Source: Octopus vulgaris
Taxonomy: Eukaryota
Direction: 5' to 3'
Length of the DNA: 64,000 nucleotides
Assembly: GCA_951406725.2 (NCBI GenBank)
Contig: OX597831.1
Coordinates: 11,966,001-12,030,000 of the forward strand
Shown here: in pieces, positions 13,903 through 27,266 of the stretch
Layout of the letters: each line of letters begins with the position of its first letter
Numbering within the stretch: position 1 is the stretch's first letter
Made by a program: the position numbers and the translations under genes
Notes under the pieces: generated by a model
What the model saw: the letters and a program-made list of their open reading frames with translations, nothing else
Told to the model about the DNA's origin: nothing
Databases searched by the model: none

Positions 13903-14226
13903 TACTCTTTTACTTGTTTCAGTCATTTGACTGGGGCCATGCTGGAGCACTGCCTTTAGTCAAGCAAATCGACCCCAGGACTTATTCTTTGTAAGCCTAG
14001 TACTTATTTTGTCGGTCTCTTTTGCCGAACTGCTAAGTTACGGGGACGTAAACACACCAGCATCGGACACACAAACATATACACACACACATACATATAT
14101 ATGTATATGTATATTTGGTCGGCTGGAGGCTATAGTAGAAGACACTTGCCCAAGTTGCCACGCAGTGGGAGTGAACCCAGAACCATATGGTTCGTAAGCA
14201 AGCTACTTACCACACAGCTACTCCTA
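13903..14226 (-). mobile_element. tRNA-head SINE family C
   Basis: Homologous to 56035-56425. Confidence 0.82.
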
Positions 14227-14294
14227 CACCTATATTTATATTTTGCTGACATCTAAATATACAACCTCAACAGGGTTCCTTCGTTGTGCTAAGT

Positions 14295-15700
14295 ATGTTG
14301 TATGTGTTGTTGTTGCTGGTTCCGTTGCTGTTCTCTATCTTTCACATTCTCTGTATTCTCGCTTAGGTCTCATATATCCAATGCGTTTTGTGTTCCATAC
14401 GTGTTCTGCTGTCCTTGTGATTTATTTATTCTCTCTGTCATCTGTTCCATTTATTCAATGCGTTCTGCTTGTTATGTGTTCTATGTGTAGCGTTCTACAT
14501 AGTATGTGTTCTATAGTTTATTTATGCTCTGTCTTATGCGTTCTAGTTTTCTGTGTGTTCTGCTTACGCGTTCTTGGTGTTCAACATATTTTACATGCAA
14601 TGTGTTGTGTGTATTATGCGTTCTATGTGTTACACATGTTGTTGTGTTCTAAGTGTTCTATATTCTATCTGGTTTATCTCTACCCTTTATTATGTGTTCT
14701 GCTTGTTATGTACCCTGTGCATTCTATGTGTTCTATATGCAATGTGTTCTGTTGTGTGTTATCATCATCATCATCATTTAACGTCTGCTTTCAATGCTGG
14801 CATGGGTTGGACGATTTGACTGAGAACTGGTAAGCCGGGAGGCTGCACCAGGTTCCAATCTGATTTGGCATGGTTTCTACTGTTGGATGCCCTTCCTAAC
14901 ACCAATTATATTTATACAATTATGTTATATGGATTCATAAGAATCAAGGCATATCAACTCACACAACACCAGAAATGGCTAGGCACAATAACATAGAGCT
15001 CACATTGAAATAAAGAACATTGAAGACATCAAGTGTTGGTAGGATACCAGAGATATAAATGTACCAAATCCAATTAAAACTATAGATCTGACGCAGGGAT
15101 GGGTCTTTGGTGTGCTCATCATCATCATCATCGTTTAATACCCACTTTCCATGCTGGCATGGGTTGGACGGTTTAACTGAGGACTGGCAAGCCAGAAGGC
15201 TGCACCAGGCTCCAATCTGATTTGGCAAGGTTTCTACAGCTGGAAACCCTTCCTAACGCCAACCACTCCAAGAGTGTAGTAGGTGCGTTTTACATGCCAC
15301 CAGCATAAGGGCCAGTCAGGCAGCACTGGCAATGACCACTCTCAAATGGTGCTTTTTTACATGCCACTGGCACAGGTAGCAATCAGGCGGCACTGGATTC
15401 AACCTTACTCGAATGTTCCTTTTTACATACCACTGGCATGAGTACCAGTCAGGTGGCATTGCATATTCTGTGTTTTTGTGTTCCATGTGTCCACATATTC
15501 AACATGCTACATGTGTTTACATGTTACACGCTATGTGTTCTGTGTGCTATGTCCTACATGTCATGTCTACTACAAATTATGCGTTCTATGCCCTCGGTCT
15601 CTTCTCTGTGTTACACATTCTGTGTTCTGTGTAACACCCAGTCTCTCTGTTGCGAGTTCTCTCTGCATTCCACGTGTTATAATGTGTATTCTTGTTCTTA
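14295..15700. repeat. Degenerate TGTGTTCT-type low-complexity tracts (about 14295-14760 and 15460-15700) split by later insertions
   Basis: Recurrent tgtgttct/tgcgttct motif. Confidence 0.65.
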
Positions 15701-16491
15701 TCAACAACATCATTCTTAAAATAGTCTTCACTCATCTTAGCCATTTAGCAGTCATATGCTGTTTAGCAGTCATATGATATTTAGCAATCATACAATACGT
15801 GTATCATATGACTTCTCTTCAAACAATCAGTCAAATGACCTCAATTTGTTTATTATTTTAAACATTTCCTTACAACACATTCACTTAAGACCACTTTTAC
15901 TTCTTACATAAAAAAAAACCTCTTTCTTGAAATATTTTTAAAATGTTCATATTTAACCCTTTTGATACAAAAACCATCTGGGTATGGTTTTGGTTCTAGG
16001 ATGGTTCTATGATATGAACTTTATATTTTGTTGTGATCTAAATTAAAATCTTCCATTAAAATTGCGTGTTAATTTATGTTCCAGCTAAATAAAGATGATT
16101 ATTTTAATCAAGTTTTTCATTATTTTCAAAATTAACAGAAACAAAAATAACTTTTTTCTGCAAAAATATTGTAACGAAAGGTTTAAATTAAAAACTTCCA
16201 TTATTGCAAAAAAACTTTTTTTTTTACTGTTGTTTTCCAAATACCTGCCTGATTATGAACGAATTAATTAACTTAGTAAATTCTGCCAAATTGACGAGTA
16301 TTTTAGCTTCAAAATTAATTGAGTCATACTAATTGGCACAGGCATGATTGTATGGCTTAGAAGCTTGCTTCTCAACCAGATGGTCTTGAGTTCAGTCCCA
16401 CTCCATGGCACTTGAGGCAAACATCTACTATAGCCCCTGGTTGATTATAGACTTGAGAGGAGATTTAGCAGATGGAAACTGAAAGAAGCCT

Positions 16492-16531
<40 letters not shown>

Positions 16532-16575
16532 CGCACATGTATATAAGCAAAATGTATATAAGATACATATAAATA

Positions 16576-17105
16576 TGAGGGTGAGTCAAAAAGTAATGCC
16601 ATTTCGTTCAGGACAGGTATAATTACCAACACAGGAACATGTATCATACGTCAAAATGAAGCTGGTCCTCTGTGGATCACATCCCTACTTCTCAACATAG
16701 TCACCGTTTCTCTCAACAGCAGTGTTCCACCTTCGAATGAGAGCATGTATCCCTGTCCTGTAGAATTCTGTTGACTGTTGTTTGAGCCACTTCTTCACTA
16801 CAGTTTTCACTTCCTTGTCACTGGAATAATGTTTGCCTCTCAAACACCCTTCCATGGGGCCGAAGAGATGATAGGCTCTAAATTAGAGAAGTGGCTCAAA
16901 GAACAGTCAACAGAATTTTACGGGGCAGGGATACATGCTCTCATTCGAAGGTGGAACATTGCTATTGAGAGAAACGGTGACTATGTTGAGAAGTAGAGAT
17001 ATGATCCACAGAGGTCCAACTTCATTTTGATGCATGATACATGTTCCTGTGTTGGTAATTATATCTGTCCTAAACAAAATGGCATTACTTTTTGACTCAC
17101 ACTTG
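16576..17105. mobile_element. Mariner-derived fold-back MITE made of two head-to-head transposase 3' ends
   Basis: TA on both flanks; termini (T/C)(G/A)AG(G/T)GTGAGTCAAAAAGTAATGCCAT; both arms encode ..GIHALIRRWNxAxERNGDYVEK*, a mariner transposase C-terminus. Confidence 0.9.
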
Positions 17106-17117
17106 TATGTTCGTGTG

Positions 17118-17197
<80 letters not shown>

Positions 17198-17198
<1 letters not shown>

Positions 17199-17566
17199 TA
17201 GCAGTATCGCTCGGGTTTGTAAGGGAAATAACTATATAAGCATTTTTAGAGATGTAAAGTATAATAGCCATCTCAATATGGCTAACCACAAAGGGAGGGG
17301 TTACTGTAGCTTTTTACGTTCTGAGATTTAATAATGCATTTTTGAGAGTTACTTCCCTTATATAAACCGAGCGAAAATGCATTAAAAATGCGAAAAAATT
17401 ATGGTAAATTTTTTTTTTTAATCGTAGACTCATCGTAGATGCGCACTAATACCCAGAAGGGCTCGATATGAATCACGACTATAAGATACCCAGTTTTGGT
17501 TACACTGCACCGCAAAATGTGGGAGTAGTTAGGAATCTAAATCGGAGTAGACAGACACACAACCTT

Positions 17567-17580
<14 letters not shown>
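17198..17580 (-). mobile_element. Non-autonomous Helitron
   Basis: CTAGCAGTATCGC end; body homologous to 29044-29441; hairpin partly deleted. Confidence 0.82.
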
Positions 17581-17605
<25 letters not shown>

Positions 17606-18187
17606 GGTGCATGATTCAATGGTTAAGGTATTGCACTCATGAATGCAGGATCATGGGTTCAATTCCCAGACCAGGCATTGCAGTGTCCTCTTGAGCAAAG
17701 CACTTCATTTCACATTACTTTGTGATTGTTTCATTGTCTGACATGTGGCATTTGCTACACCTGTACAGGTAATGTTGATTTGATGGAGGTAGTGAGCTTA
17801 TGTGAACGCACAAACATTTGATCACTACAAAACAAATCATCTGATTAGTTGTTCATTAAGAAATTGTTGAATCCTCATCCATTATCTAACAACTGGAGAG
17901 TCCATCCACACACACACACACACTTGTATGTGTCTGTGTATGTACTCTTGTCTTGATATCATATGGTCATAGAAAAACTTGTCTGGCCATAGAGAAATAT
18001 TTTACTTTGCTTGGAGACAGGGGAGGGGGGGGTCTGGCTGTAGAAATGCTGCCTCAACCAAATTCTGTCCAACCCATACCAGCACGAAAAGTGGATGTTA
18101 AACAGTGATGATGACATTGTCTGAAAAATGGTTACCAAACGGTTAAACTAAATACTTTGCTGAAATATATTTTCGTTATTATTTTCT

Positions 18188-18418
18188 GGGCGGCAAGCTG
18201 GCAGAAACGTTAGCATACCGGGCGAAATGCGTAGCTGTATTTCGTCTGCATTTACGTTCTGAGTTCAAATTCCGCCGAGGTTGACTTTGCCTTTCATCCT
18301 TTCAGGGTCGATAAATTAAGTACCAGTTACGCACTGGGGTCGATGTAATCGACTTAATCCGTTTGTCTGTCCTTGTTTGTCCCCTCTGTGTTTGGCCCCT
18401 TGTGGGCAGTAAAGAAAT
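18188..18418 (+). mobile_element. SINE family B with Nin/Deu-like central domain
   Basis: B-box-like GAGTTCAAATTCC followed by GCCTTTCATCCTTTCAGGGTCGATAAATTAAGTACCAG; homologous to 63002-63246. The domain name is from recall. Confidence 0.8.
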
Positions 18419-18493
18419 ATATATTTTCATTATTATGTTTTCGCAACAGTCTGTGACACTAAATATTTTCCCACAATTCTCTTTCTGTTGCAG

Positions 18494-18646
18494 ATCAATG
18501 TCCAGAGTTCTGCCGTGCAGCGCTGTTTGATGAGTGCTTATTCTAACCTTGCTGGTCTCTACCCGCCTGATGGAGGACAGATTTGGAATTCCAACATCAG
18601 TTGGCAACCGATACCTGTCAGTATGATTCCTACTGAAGAGGACAAT
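18494..18646 (+). CDS. ACP2: Acid phosphatase exon 4 (INVQSSAVQRCLMSAYSNLAGLYPPDGGQIWNSNISWQPIPVSMIPTEEDN)
   Basis: ttgcAG acceptor; RxxxSA, LAGLYPP and WQPIPV motifs; donor GTAAGT. Confidence 0.97.
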
Positions 18647-18734
18647 GTAAGTTTGTGGTTTACCATTATTTAAACGAAAATGAGTGAAGAGAAATAATTC
18701 AGAGTGACCAGTGGCATGTATTTGAACAATAACA

Positions 18735-18906
18735 TAGATTTACATTATTTACTTTTGACGGATATTTGTCCTCATCTTGTTTGTTGTTAGCACGTTTTGG
18801 CTGTTATACCCTCCAGCCTTCATCAGGTGTCTTGGGGAAATTTTGAACCTGGGTTCTCATTCCTAAGGTATTTTTCGATGTTGTTGTTGTTACTATTATT
18901 ATTATT
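18735..18906 (-). mobile_element. Penelope-like repeat with a degenerate hammerhead, interrupted by the RTE LINE (resumes about 20338-20398)
   Basis: Colinear with the uninterrupted copy at 28285-28642. Confidence 0.6.
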
Positions 18907-20337
18907 ACAGAAGAATTCAAGACAGGTTGCCCCTGGGAGCTCCTCTATGCTGATGACCTGGCCCTCATAGCAGAATCACTACCGGAACTAGAGAAGAAAT
19001 TTTGGGTGTGAAAGCTAGGTTTAGAATCAAAAGGCCTTAAAGTCAATGTAGCAGAGACCAAAGTTATAGTAAGTAGGAAGGTGAACTCATCACACACCCC
19101 CTCAGGTAGGTGGCCCTGCTCAATCTGTAGAAAAGGTGAAGGTAGAAACTCCATAAGATGTGCCCAGTGTAAGCTATGGACGCATAAGAGGTGCAGCAAC
19201 ATCAAAGGAAAATTAACTGAGAAAATAGCTTTCATGTGCGGCAGATGCACAAGAGCTATAGACACCACAGATACTCAGAAAACAGATTCCATCACACTCC
19301 AGGGGAAGAAACTAGAAGTAGTTGATAGCTTCCGCTACCTGGGTGACCAAGTTAATAGTGGAGGTGGATGCTCAGAGAGTGTCACCTCTAGAATAAGAAT
19401 AGCCTGGGCAAAGTTTAGAAAGCTTCTACCCCTACTGGTGACAAAGGGTCTCTTGCTCAGAGTGAAAGGTAGATTGTACGACGTATGTGTGTGAACTGCC
19501 ATGCTTCAAGGCAGTGGAACATGGGCTGTGATTGCGGAGGACATGCATAGGCTCAAAAGAAATGAAGCTAGCATGATCTGCTGGATGTGTAATGTCAGTG
19601 TCCATGCATGACAGAGTGTAAGCGCCCTGAGAGAAATGCTGGACATAAGATGTATTCGATGTGGCATGCAGGAGAGACGTTTGCGCTGGTATGGTCATGT
19701 ACTATGGATGGATGAGGAGTGATGTGTGAAGAAGTGCCACTCCCAAACAGTTGAAGGAATCCAGGGTAGAGGTAGACCCAGGAAGACATGGGATGAGGTG
19801 GTCAAGCATGACCTTCGAACGTTGGGCCTCACAGAGGCAATGACGAAAGACTGAGACCCCTGGAGATATGCTGTGACTGTGAAGACCCGACAAATAACTT
19901 GAGTTCATGGCTGTTTCTTGCACCAGCTTCACATAGCAGCCCCAGCCCATCCAAAGTACCTTGGATCATAGGATTGCCTGCTGTGCTTACCTTGGATCAT
20001 AGGGCAACCTGCTGTGCTTGAGGAGACCTATTGAGTCAAGTACATCAACATCTAAATAAAAATCAAATGGAAATTGTAGTTGTGATAGCTGTGCTGGTGG
20101 AACGTAAAAAGCACCGTCCAAACGTGGCCGATGCCAGCGCTCCTTTGACTGGCTTCCGTGTCGATGGCACGTAAAAAGCACCCACTGCACTCACAGTGTG
20201 GTTGGCGTTAGGAAGGGCATCCAGCTGTAGAAACACTGCCAGATCAGATTGGAGCCTGGTGCAGCCTCCTGGCTTCCCAGACCCTGGTCAAACCGTCCAA
20301 CCCATGCTAGCATGGAAAATGGATGTTAAATGATGAT
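18907..20337 (+). mobile_element. 5'-truncated RTE-clade LINE with RT pseudogene (YADD, PHD insert, C-terminus) and 3'UTR
   Basis: ELLYADDLAL (YADD 18946-18957), GLKVN..TKV, FRYLG, RRLRWYGHV, RGRPRKTW; several in-frame stops; (GAT)n tail. Confidence 0.93.
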
Positions 20338-21734
20338 TATTATTATTATTTAGGTCACTGCCTGGAATCGAACTCTTCATCTCTTAAATATAGAACTGGA
20401 ATAACATAGATAAATACAAGTCTATCAAGTGCCATACAGCATAAATTCTTGATTTATTAAAAATCATTTCTGTCTGCAGAGGATGTGTCATGATAATCAA
20501 ATGGCAATTAAGATCAGATCCATGGGAGAAGGGGAGATAACCCTGACATGCTACCAAGGAAAAGTCTTTCAGTCTGTCTGGAGATAAGAGGACAGTCATA
20601 GGCACATGTTTCTGCCTCAATAGCTGTCATCAGGACAACAGTTGTCCAACTTTATCTCCAGCAGCCAAGAGACTTAGACTCATGCAAAGAGTTGAACACA
20701 TGGTCTAGGTAATTTGCATAATTTAGACATAAATGAGCTAAGGGAAATAACTCAAATTGACCAGTGGCGAGTGCTTAGATAACATTGATTAATACAGGCT
20801 TACCAAATATCATACAACATAAATATCTTCCCCTCTAGAGAATGTAGAGCAATTAACCCCTGTTGTTGGTTAGCCCTATGTCAAAATCCTGTTTAAGCAG
20901 CTCCTTCTAAAACTTTCAAGCTGAGATGACCATCCTGTTTTACATTTTCTTTATTTAGACATAGTGTATCAAGGACTACATTATCCAATGTAGTCATAGT
21001 ATCTATGTATGGCATCATATTAGCCAATGAATCTATCTCATTTTTTTAAAAATTTCAAATATAGTGGTTCTTTAGGCTTTCCGGTTATTAGAGGACCTCA
21101 CTGGTGCTGGTGCCATAGAAAAAAAAGCACCGAGTAGACTTTGTTAATTGGTTGGCATCAGAAAGGGCATGAAGCTGTAGAAACTGTGCCAAAATTGAAA
21201 CCCAGGCATATCACAGGGTCCTTCAATTCATAAGATACTATCAAACCTTTAAGGCCTTGTCAGCAAGAAAGGTGGACGTGAAATGATGACAGTGACAATA
21301 TGATGACAACAATGATAATGTGTTCTGCGCTACGTTGCCAAAATATGCCCTTGCTTTCAACAGTTTGCAGGAGATTTGGCTGCTCCTTCTAGCAGGTCAA
21401 GCATCCCTATACAGACTCCCTCATTGGCTCATTAGAAATGTAATCTGTGTTGTGCTCCTGTTTAGCTCCAGGTTAATGTCTATTGAACACACACATGATC
21501 AAAGACATTCCAGCCATGATCATCCCATCCTAGTTTTTCTTTCCTCATGCATAATATACCCTGGTCTATACTATCTAATGTTTTGAGGGAGATTTATTTA
21601 CTATTTCCAGCAAGTTGAACCCACCATGTAAAGCCACCTCTATTGGGTCTGAAGGACAACTGTTTGCTAGCCAAGTAGACTGAGGCATGATGAATTTAAA
21701 TGACTTTTCCCAGGAGCAATTGTAGTCGTATTGA

Positions 21735-21893
<159 letters not shown>

Positions 21894-22278
21894 GGAGGCG
21901 CAATGGCCCAGTGGTTAGGGCAGCGGACTCGTGGTCATAGGATCGCGGTTTCGATTCCCAGACCGGGCGTTGTGAGTGTTTATTGAGCGAAAACACCTAA
22001 AGCTCCACGACGCTCCGGCAGGGGATGGTGGTGATCCCTGCTGTACTCTTTCACCACAACTTTCTCTCGCTCTTACTTCCTGTTTCTCTTGTATCTGTAT
22101 TTCAAAGGGCCAGCCTTGTCACTCTCTGTGTCACGCTGAATATCCCCGAGAATTACGTTAAGGGTACACGTGTCTGTGGAGTGCTTAGCCACTTACACGT
22201 TAATTTCACGAGCAGGCTGTTCCGTTGATTCGGATCAACCGGAACTCTCATCGTCGTAACCGACGGAGTGCTTCCATC
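21894..22278 (+). mobile_element. tRNA-derived SINE family A, apparently full length, inserted in (TAG)n
   Basis: A-box TGGCCCAGTGG, B-box GGTTTCGATTCC, ~385-bp body; other copies at 6763 and ~24060. Confidence 0.88.
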
Positions 22279-22442
22279 AGTAGTAGTAGTAGTAAGTAGT
22301 AGTAGTAGTAGTAGTAAGGTTTTTCCTTCTGAATCTGGATGTCAGTAGTAATTTACAGAATTTTAAAAGGATTTTCATTTTTGGTTTGCTTTTTTTTATA
22401 TTTTTTTAAACTGTGTTTTTGTTTTTATTTCTTAATCTGTAG

Positions 22443-22538
22443 ACGTTGCAGATTTCCAAGGATTGTCCCAGATACGACATGTTGAAGGAACAGGAACTGA
22501 AAACCCACGCAATCAAGGAAGAAGAGAAGAAAAATAAA
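22443..22538 (+). CDS. ACP2: Acid phosphatase exon 5 (TLQISKDCPRYDMLKEQELKTHAIKEEEKKNK)
   Basis: CPRY motif; tgtAG acceptor (an in-frame alternative CAG would start the exon at 22452); donor GTAAGA. Confidence 0.9.
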
Positions 22539-23401
22539 GTAAGAAGGTTTGATATTTCAGTTCCTTTATTGATCCTCGCAGAATATTTTGCAATGCATCC
22601 TCCCACAGGTGTATTAGATGCAGGTGTGGTTGTGTGGGTAAGAAGATTGTTTCCTGACCATATATTCTCGGGTTCAGTCCCACTGCACATGACCTTGGAC
22701 AAATGTCCTCTACTTATGCCCTGGGTCAACCAAAGCCTTGTGAGTGGATTTGGTAGATGGAAACTCATAGAAGATCATATCATCATTCAACATCCGTTTT
22801 TCCATGCTGGCATGGGTTGGACGGTTTTACGGAAAACTGATAAGCCATGGTAGTGCAGCAAGTTCTAGTCTTTTTTGGCATGGTTTCTACAGCTGGATGC
22901 CATTCCTAATGCCAACCACTCCAAGAGTGTAATGGGTGCTTTTTATATACGTATATAAGCAATAACTATAACGATAGAGAATATGGAGATTGGAAGACTG
23001 GTACATCCTCAAAATTTATTTCTTTTCATTTTACAATGTCTGGTTGAAAAACACTGAACAAAGTTGCTCTGATAATTATGTCCAGTGGTATATGCAACAA
23101 CTGCCCATAGTCTGTGTTGTGGCAGCACGTGCAGGACGTCATAACCATAGAAATATATTGTATGACCTTGTGGGGGTCCCTATCTAAGATTTTGTTCTTA
23201 AAATTTATGTGCAATAAATTGGTTACACTTCTGCAATTCATAAAATGTTTTGACAATTTTTCTACAATTCTTTGAAATATTTTGTCATAGAAATATCAGA
23301 GGATTTTTCTGGACCTCAAATGGCTTTGAGGGTCCACCTGAGTGAAATAGAAATCAAAGGGGTCCATTAAAAGAGAGTGGTTGAGAACCAATGATTTATA
23401 T

Positions 23402-23677
23402 CTGTGGTTCCCAAAGTGGGCAGTATTGCCCCCTGGGGGATGGTGGAAAGTTCCAAGGGGGCATTGATGAAAAGTGGGGGTGATAATGGGGTAACAATTC
23501 CTGTAAAAACAACAAAATAATGGGTTCGTTAGGTTACGTTTCATTTGTGAAATACAGTTGCTTTGAATTTGCTTCAGAAACAGGTCTATGTTTGTGTTGG
23601 GTAATTGGGGTGGGGGTGCTAGGAATGTGGCCTGGGTGTCAAGGGGGCAGCAGCCCCAAAAAGTTTGGGACCCACTG
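23402..23677. mobile_element. hAT (Charlie-like) MITE
   Basis: Imperfect TIRs CTGTGGTTCCCAAA / TTTGGGACCCACTG; 8-bp flanks ATTTATAT / GTTTACAT match at 6/8. Confidence 0.65.
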
Positions 23678-25755
23678 GTTTACATGAACATAACATTTAG
23701 AGCTGAATGAAGAATGAAAGAACTCCAAAATCTGATGAAGTCTAAGGGAAGTAATTATTGGAAAAAAAATGTTTTGTTAGAAATAAAGAATAAGGAGACA
23801 TTTGTTTTTTATTTGTATCAGTCATTAGATTGTGGCCATGCTGGAGCACTGCCTTGAAGAATGCTTTTTGAACAAATTGGCCACAGGGCTTATTTTTTTC
23901 AACCCTAGTTTTTATTCCATCAGTCTCTTGTGTCGAACTGCTAAGTTATGGGAACGTAAACACACCAACACTGGTTGTCAAGCCTGGTGGGGAGAAACAC
24001 ACAAATATATACGATGGGCTTCTTTCAGTTTCCATCAACCAAATCCACTCGCAAGATTACGATGACAAGTTTTCCAGTTGATCCGATCAACAGAACAGCC
24101 TGCTCGTGAAATGAACATGGCAAGTGGCTGAGCACTCCACAGACACGCTTACCCCTTCATATAGTTCTCAAGGAGATTCAGAGTGACACAGAATGTGACA
24201 AGGCTGGCCCTTTTGAATTACAGGCACAACTCATTATTGCCAGCTGAGTGGACTGGAGCAGGGTGGAATAAAGGGTCCTGCTTAAGGACACAATGCCTCA
24301 CTCGGTGTCAAACTCCTCACTGTACGATCATGAGCTGAATGCCTCAACCAGTAACCCATGCACCATCTGATACTCAAATGCTGTGATGTGCAACCATTTT
24401 CATGAAGTGTGGAGCCACAAGAGACATGGCTGAGCATCAAGTAAGCTGCAGTACTAGAGAAAAATTGAGGATAATGTCTTTTGTTGGTGTGGCCCAGGGG
24501 CCGCCATTTGGCCTTGACTGTTCTAATGCCTCTGCAAAAGCACTACCTAAAAATAAAAGTATTTATTGATCAAACACCATTTGAGCATGGCCATTGTCAG
24601 TACCACCTGACTGGCCTTCATACCAGTGGCACGTAAAAGCAACCACTACACTCTCGGAGTGGTTGGCGTTAAGAAGGGCATCCAGCTGTAAGAAACTCTG
24701 CCAGATCGAGATTGGAGCCTGGTGCAGCTATCTGGTTCGCCAGCCCTCAGTCACAATCGTCCAACCCATGCTAGCATGGAAAGCGGACGTAAAACGATGA
24801 TGATGATGATGTTGGAAAGGTTGGTGGAAGTTAAAAAGGAAAATAATGATTAGGTATAAAGGTGTGGTAAAAAAGGGTTGGACGGTTCTAATGGCTCCAA
24901 GGACTGCTGCATGTTCCAGTGTCTGCTACTCTCTTCCTTCTCGGTTATATCTACCTTTTCTCTATCAATACATTTTCAATTTTAAAATGGTAGAATCGTA
25001 AGATTGCTGAACAAAACTGCTTGCTGCCATTTCTTCCAGTTTGACATTCTGAGTTCAAATTCCACCAAGGTTAACTTCACTTTTTATTCTTTCAGGGTTA
25101 ATAAAAAAAAAAAGAACAAGCTAACACAGGGGTTGATGTTATCGACTTACCCCTCCACCCCCACCCCGAAATTGCTGGCCTTGTGCCAAAATTTGAAACT
25201 AATGATATGGTCAACTTACACTTCTGTGGCTTTCCCTGTTAATCCAACATTTTCTTTTGTCCTCCAGTTACCTCCCTTAGACTTACTCTTAAGTATATCA
25301 CAAATTTAAACTTCAATACTTACCTTACTCTAAATTAATGGTTCTCATGAGTGGAGGGCATGGAAGGAAGATTGTAAAAAAAATGGGGGCTAATAAATTG
25401 CCACGTTTAACCCTTTTGGATTCCAACTTGGCAGTGACATTTGACTGGTATGCAGTCATCGGATACCCACCACTGATGAGATCCAGCAGACGGAAATCTC
25501 ATAATAAGGGAATTCCAGCACCCTTAACAGACAATTCTCATCTGCTATGGTTTGTGCCAGTGCCTTTATGTATCATGTCTCTTTGTGAAAGGATCTCTCA
25601 AAACTAATAATGCAGGGTTCAGCGTTTAAATGTGACATCCACATTAAGTTGGATATAAAGATTATCTTTTGGTACTAACACTGCTTCCGTTGGTAATAAA
25701 GGAATAATTCTTTTGAAGGTGTACATTCACAGCTGTTTCGATATTTTCTTTGCAG

Positions 25756-25845
25756 CCTTTCTATAAGTTTCTCAGTCAGGTAACTGGTGGTCCCAAGGAA
25801 AACATCAGTTATGTTTGGATGCTGGCTGACACTTTAATTTGTGAG
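25756..25845 (+). CDS. ACP2: Acid phosphatase exon 6 (PFYKFLSQVTGGPKENISYVWMLADTLICE)
   Basis: ttgcAG acceptor; WxxxDTLxCE motif; donor GTGAGT; absent from the ORF track. Confidence 0.95.
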
Positions 25846-26352
25846 GTGAGTTCAATTTTTTTATCATTCAATTAATTATATTTTTAATTACATGATGTTT
25901 TAGAATTAGTGAGTAGTGAGTACCCTGCACATTGCTGTCTTGATCTCTAGGGTTCATACAGCCAGGTACCCAGTTCCTTCTGAACGGGATGTCCGTCTGT
26001 TTCTGCTTTACCTATCTACAGTTGAGAGGACTAGAGCAGTGTGAAGTGATGTGCCTTGCTTAAGAATATCCTGTATTGCTCTGCCTGAGAATTGAAACCA
26101 CAATCTCACAATCATGAGTGCAGTAGCCTAACCACCAGGCTACTCCCTTCAATGTTTTAATCTTGAAAAATGAAATAGGCACAGACATGGCTGTGGGGTA
26201 GGGAGCTTCCTTCCCAACCAGTCACCTTGCATGACACCTTGACCAAGTGACTTCTACTAAAGCCATGGTTCAATCAAAGCCTTGTGAATGGATGTGCTAG
26301 ATGGTATATATACGTACATACATACATACACATATATATATATATATATATA

Positions 26353-27232
26353 TCTATATATATAAAACTGTAGTTGTGTGAGTGTCTGTCTCCTACGATT
26401 TAGATTCCTAACTACTCCCACATTTTGCGGTGCAGTTTAACCAAATTAACCAAATGGGTATTAGCGCGCGTCTACGATGAGTCTACGATTTTAAAAATAA
26501 TTTACCATAATTTTTTTCCATTTTAACGCATATTTTTTAAATAAAGGGAAGGCGGCGGAGTTGGCGTCCATGCTCACACCTGCATCTGTGTTGCTTCTCC
26601 CCCTTCTTCCCTCCCTCGTGAAGCTGTGGGGAAGGGAGTGTAAGGAAATCAACGTCGTAAAGCGTTGTCAAGGAGACCAGCATTCTTTTAGAACAACGAC
26701 TTCATGGCTTGAAGTCGCCAAAACAGAAATCGCTAAAAAGCTGAAACAGATCCACAAAAACGGCAATTACAGCCACACAGGGCAGGTTTCCTGTGCAAAC
26801 AATTTGCACAACCAAATGTTTTAGTTGTTGCACAAATCTTTATATATAAAAGTGAAGTTGGGTGTCTGTCTCCTACGATTTAGATTCCTAACTACTCCCA
26901 CATTTTGCGGTGCAGTTTAACCAAAACCGGGTATCTTATAGTCGTGATTCATATCGAGCCCTTCTGGGTATTAGCACGTGTCTACGATGAGTCTACGATT
27001 TAAAAAAAAATTTACCATCATTTTTTCCATTTTAATGCATTTTTTCGCTATTATATAAGGGAAGTAACTCTCTAAAAATGTCTACGATGAGTCAACGATT
27101 TAAAAAAAAAATACCATCATTTTTTATTCCATTTTTAATGCATTTTTTTGCTATTTTTTTGCTATAACTCTCTAAAAATGCTTATATAGTTATTTCCCTT
27201 ACAAACCCAAGCAACGCTGGGCGATACTGCTA

Positions 27233-27233
<1 letters not shown>
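26353..27233 (+). mobile_element. Composite non-autonomous Helitron with two 5' ends (26353, 26837)
   Basis: TC-TATATATATAAAA starts, duplicated body, 3' hairpin + CTAG. Confidence 0.85.

Positions 27234-27266
<33 letters not shown>

Noticed and set aside
14243-14833. 196-aa hydrophobic Cys-rich ORF
   Set aside because: Derived from a degenerate TGTGTTCT repeat and runs into a retroelement tail.
21894-21968. tRNA gene
   Set aside because: tRNA-like head continues into a multi-copy SINE body; no clean cloverleaf or terminator.
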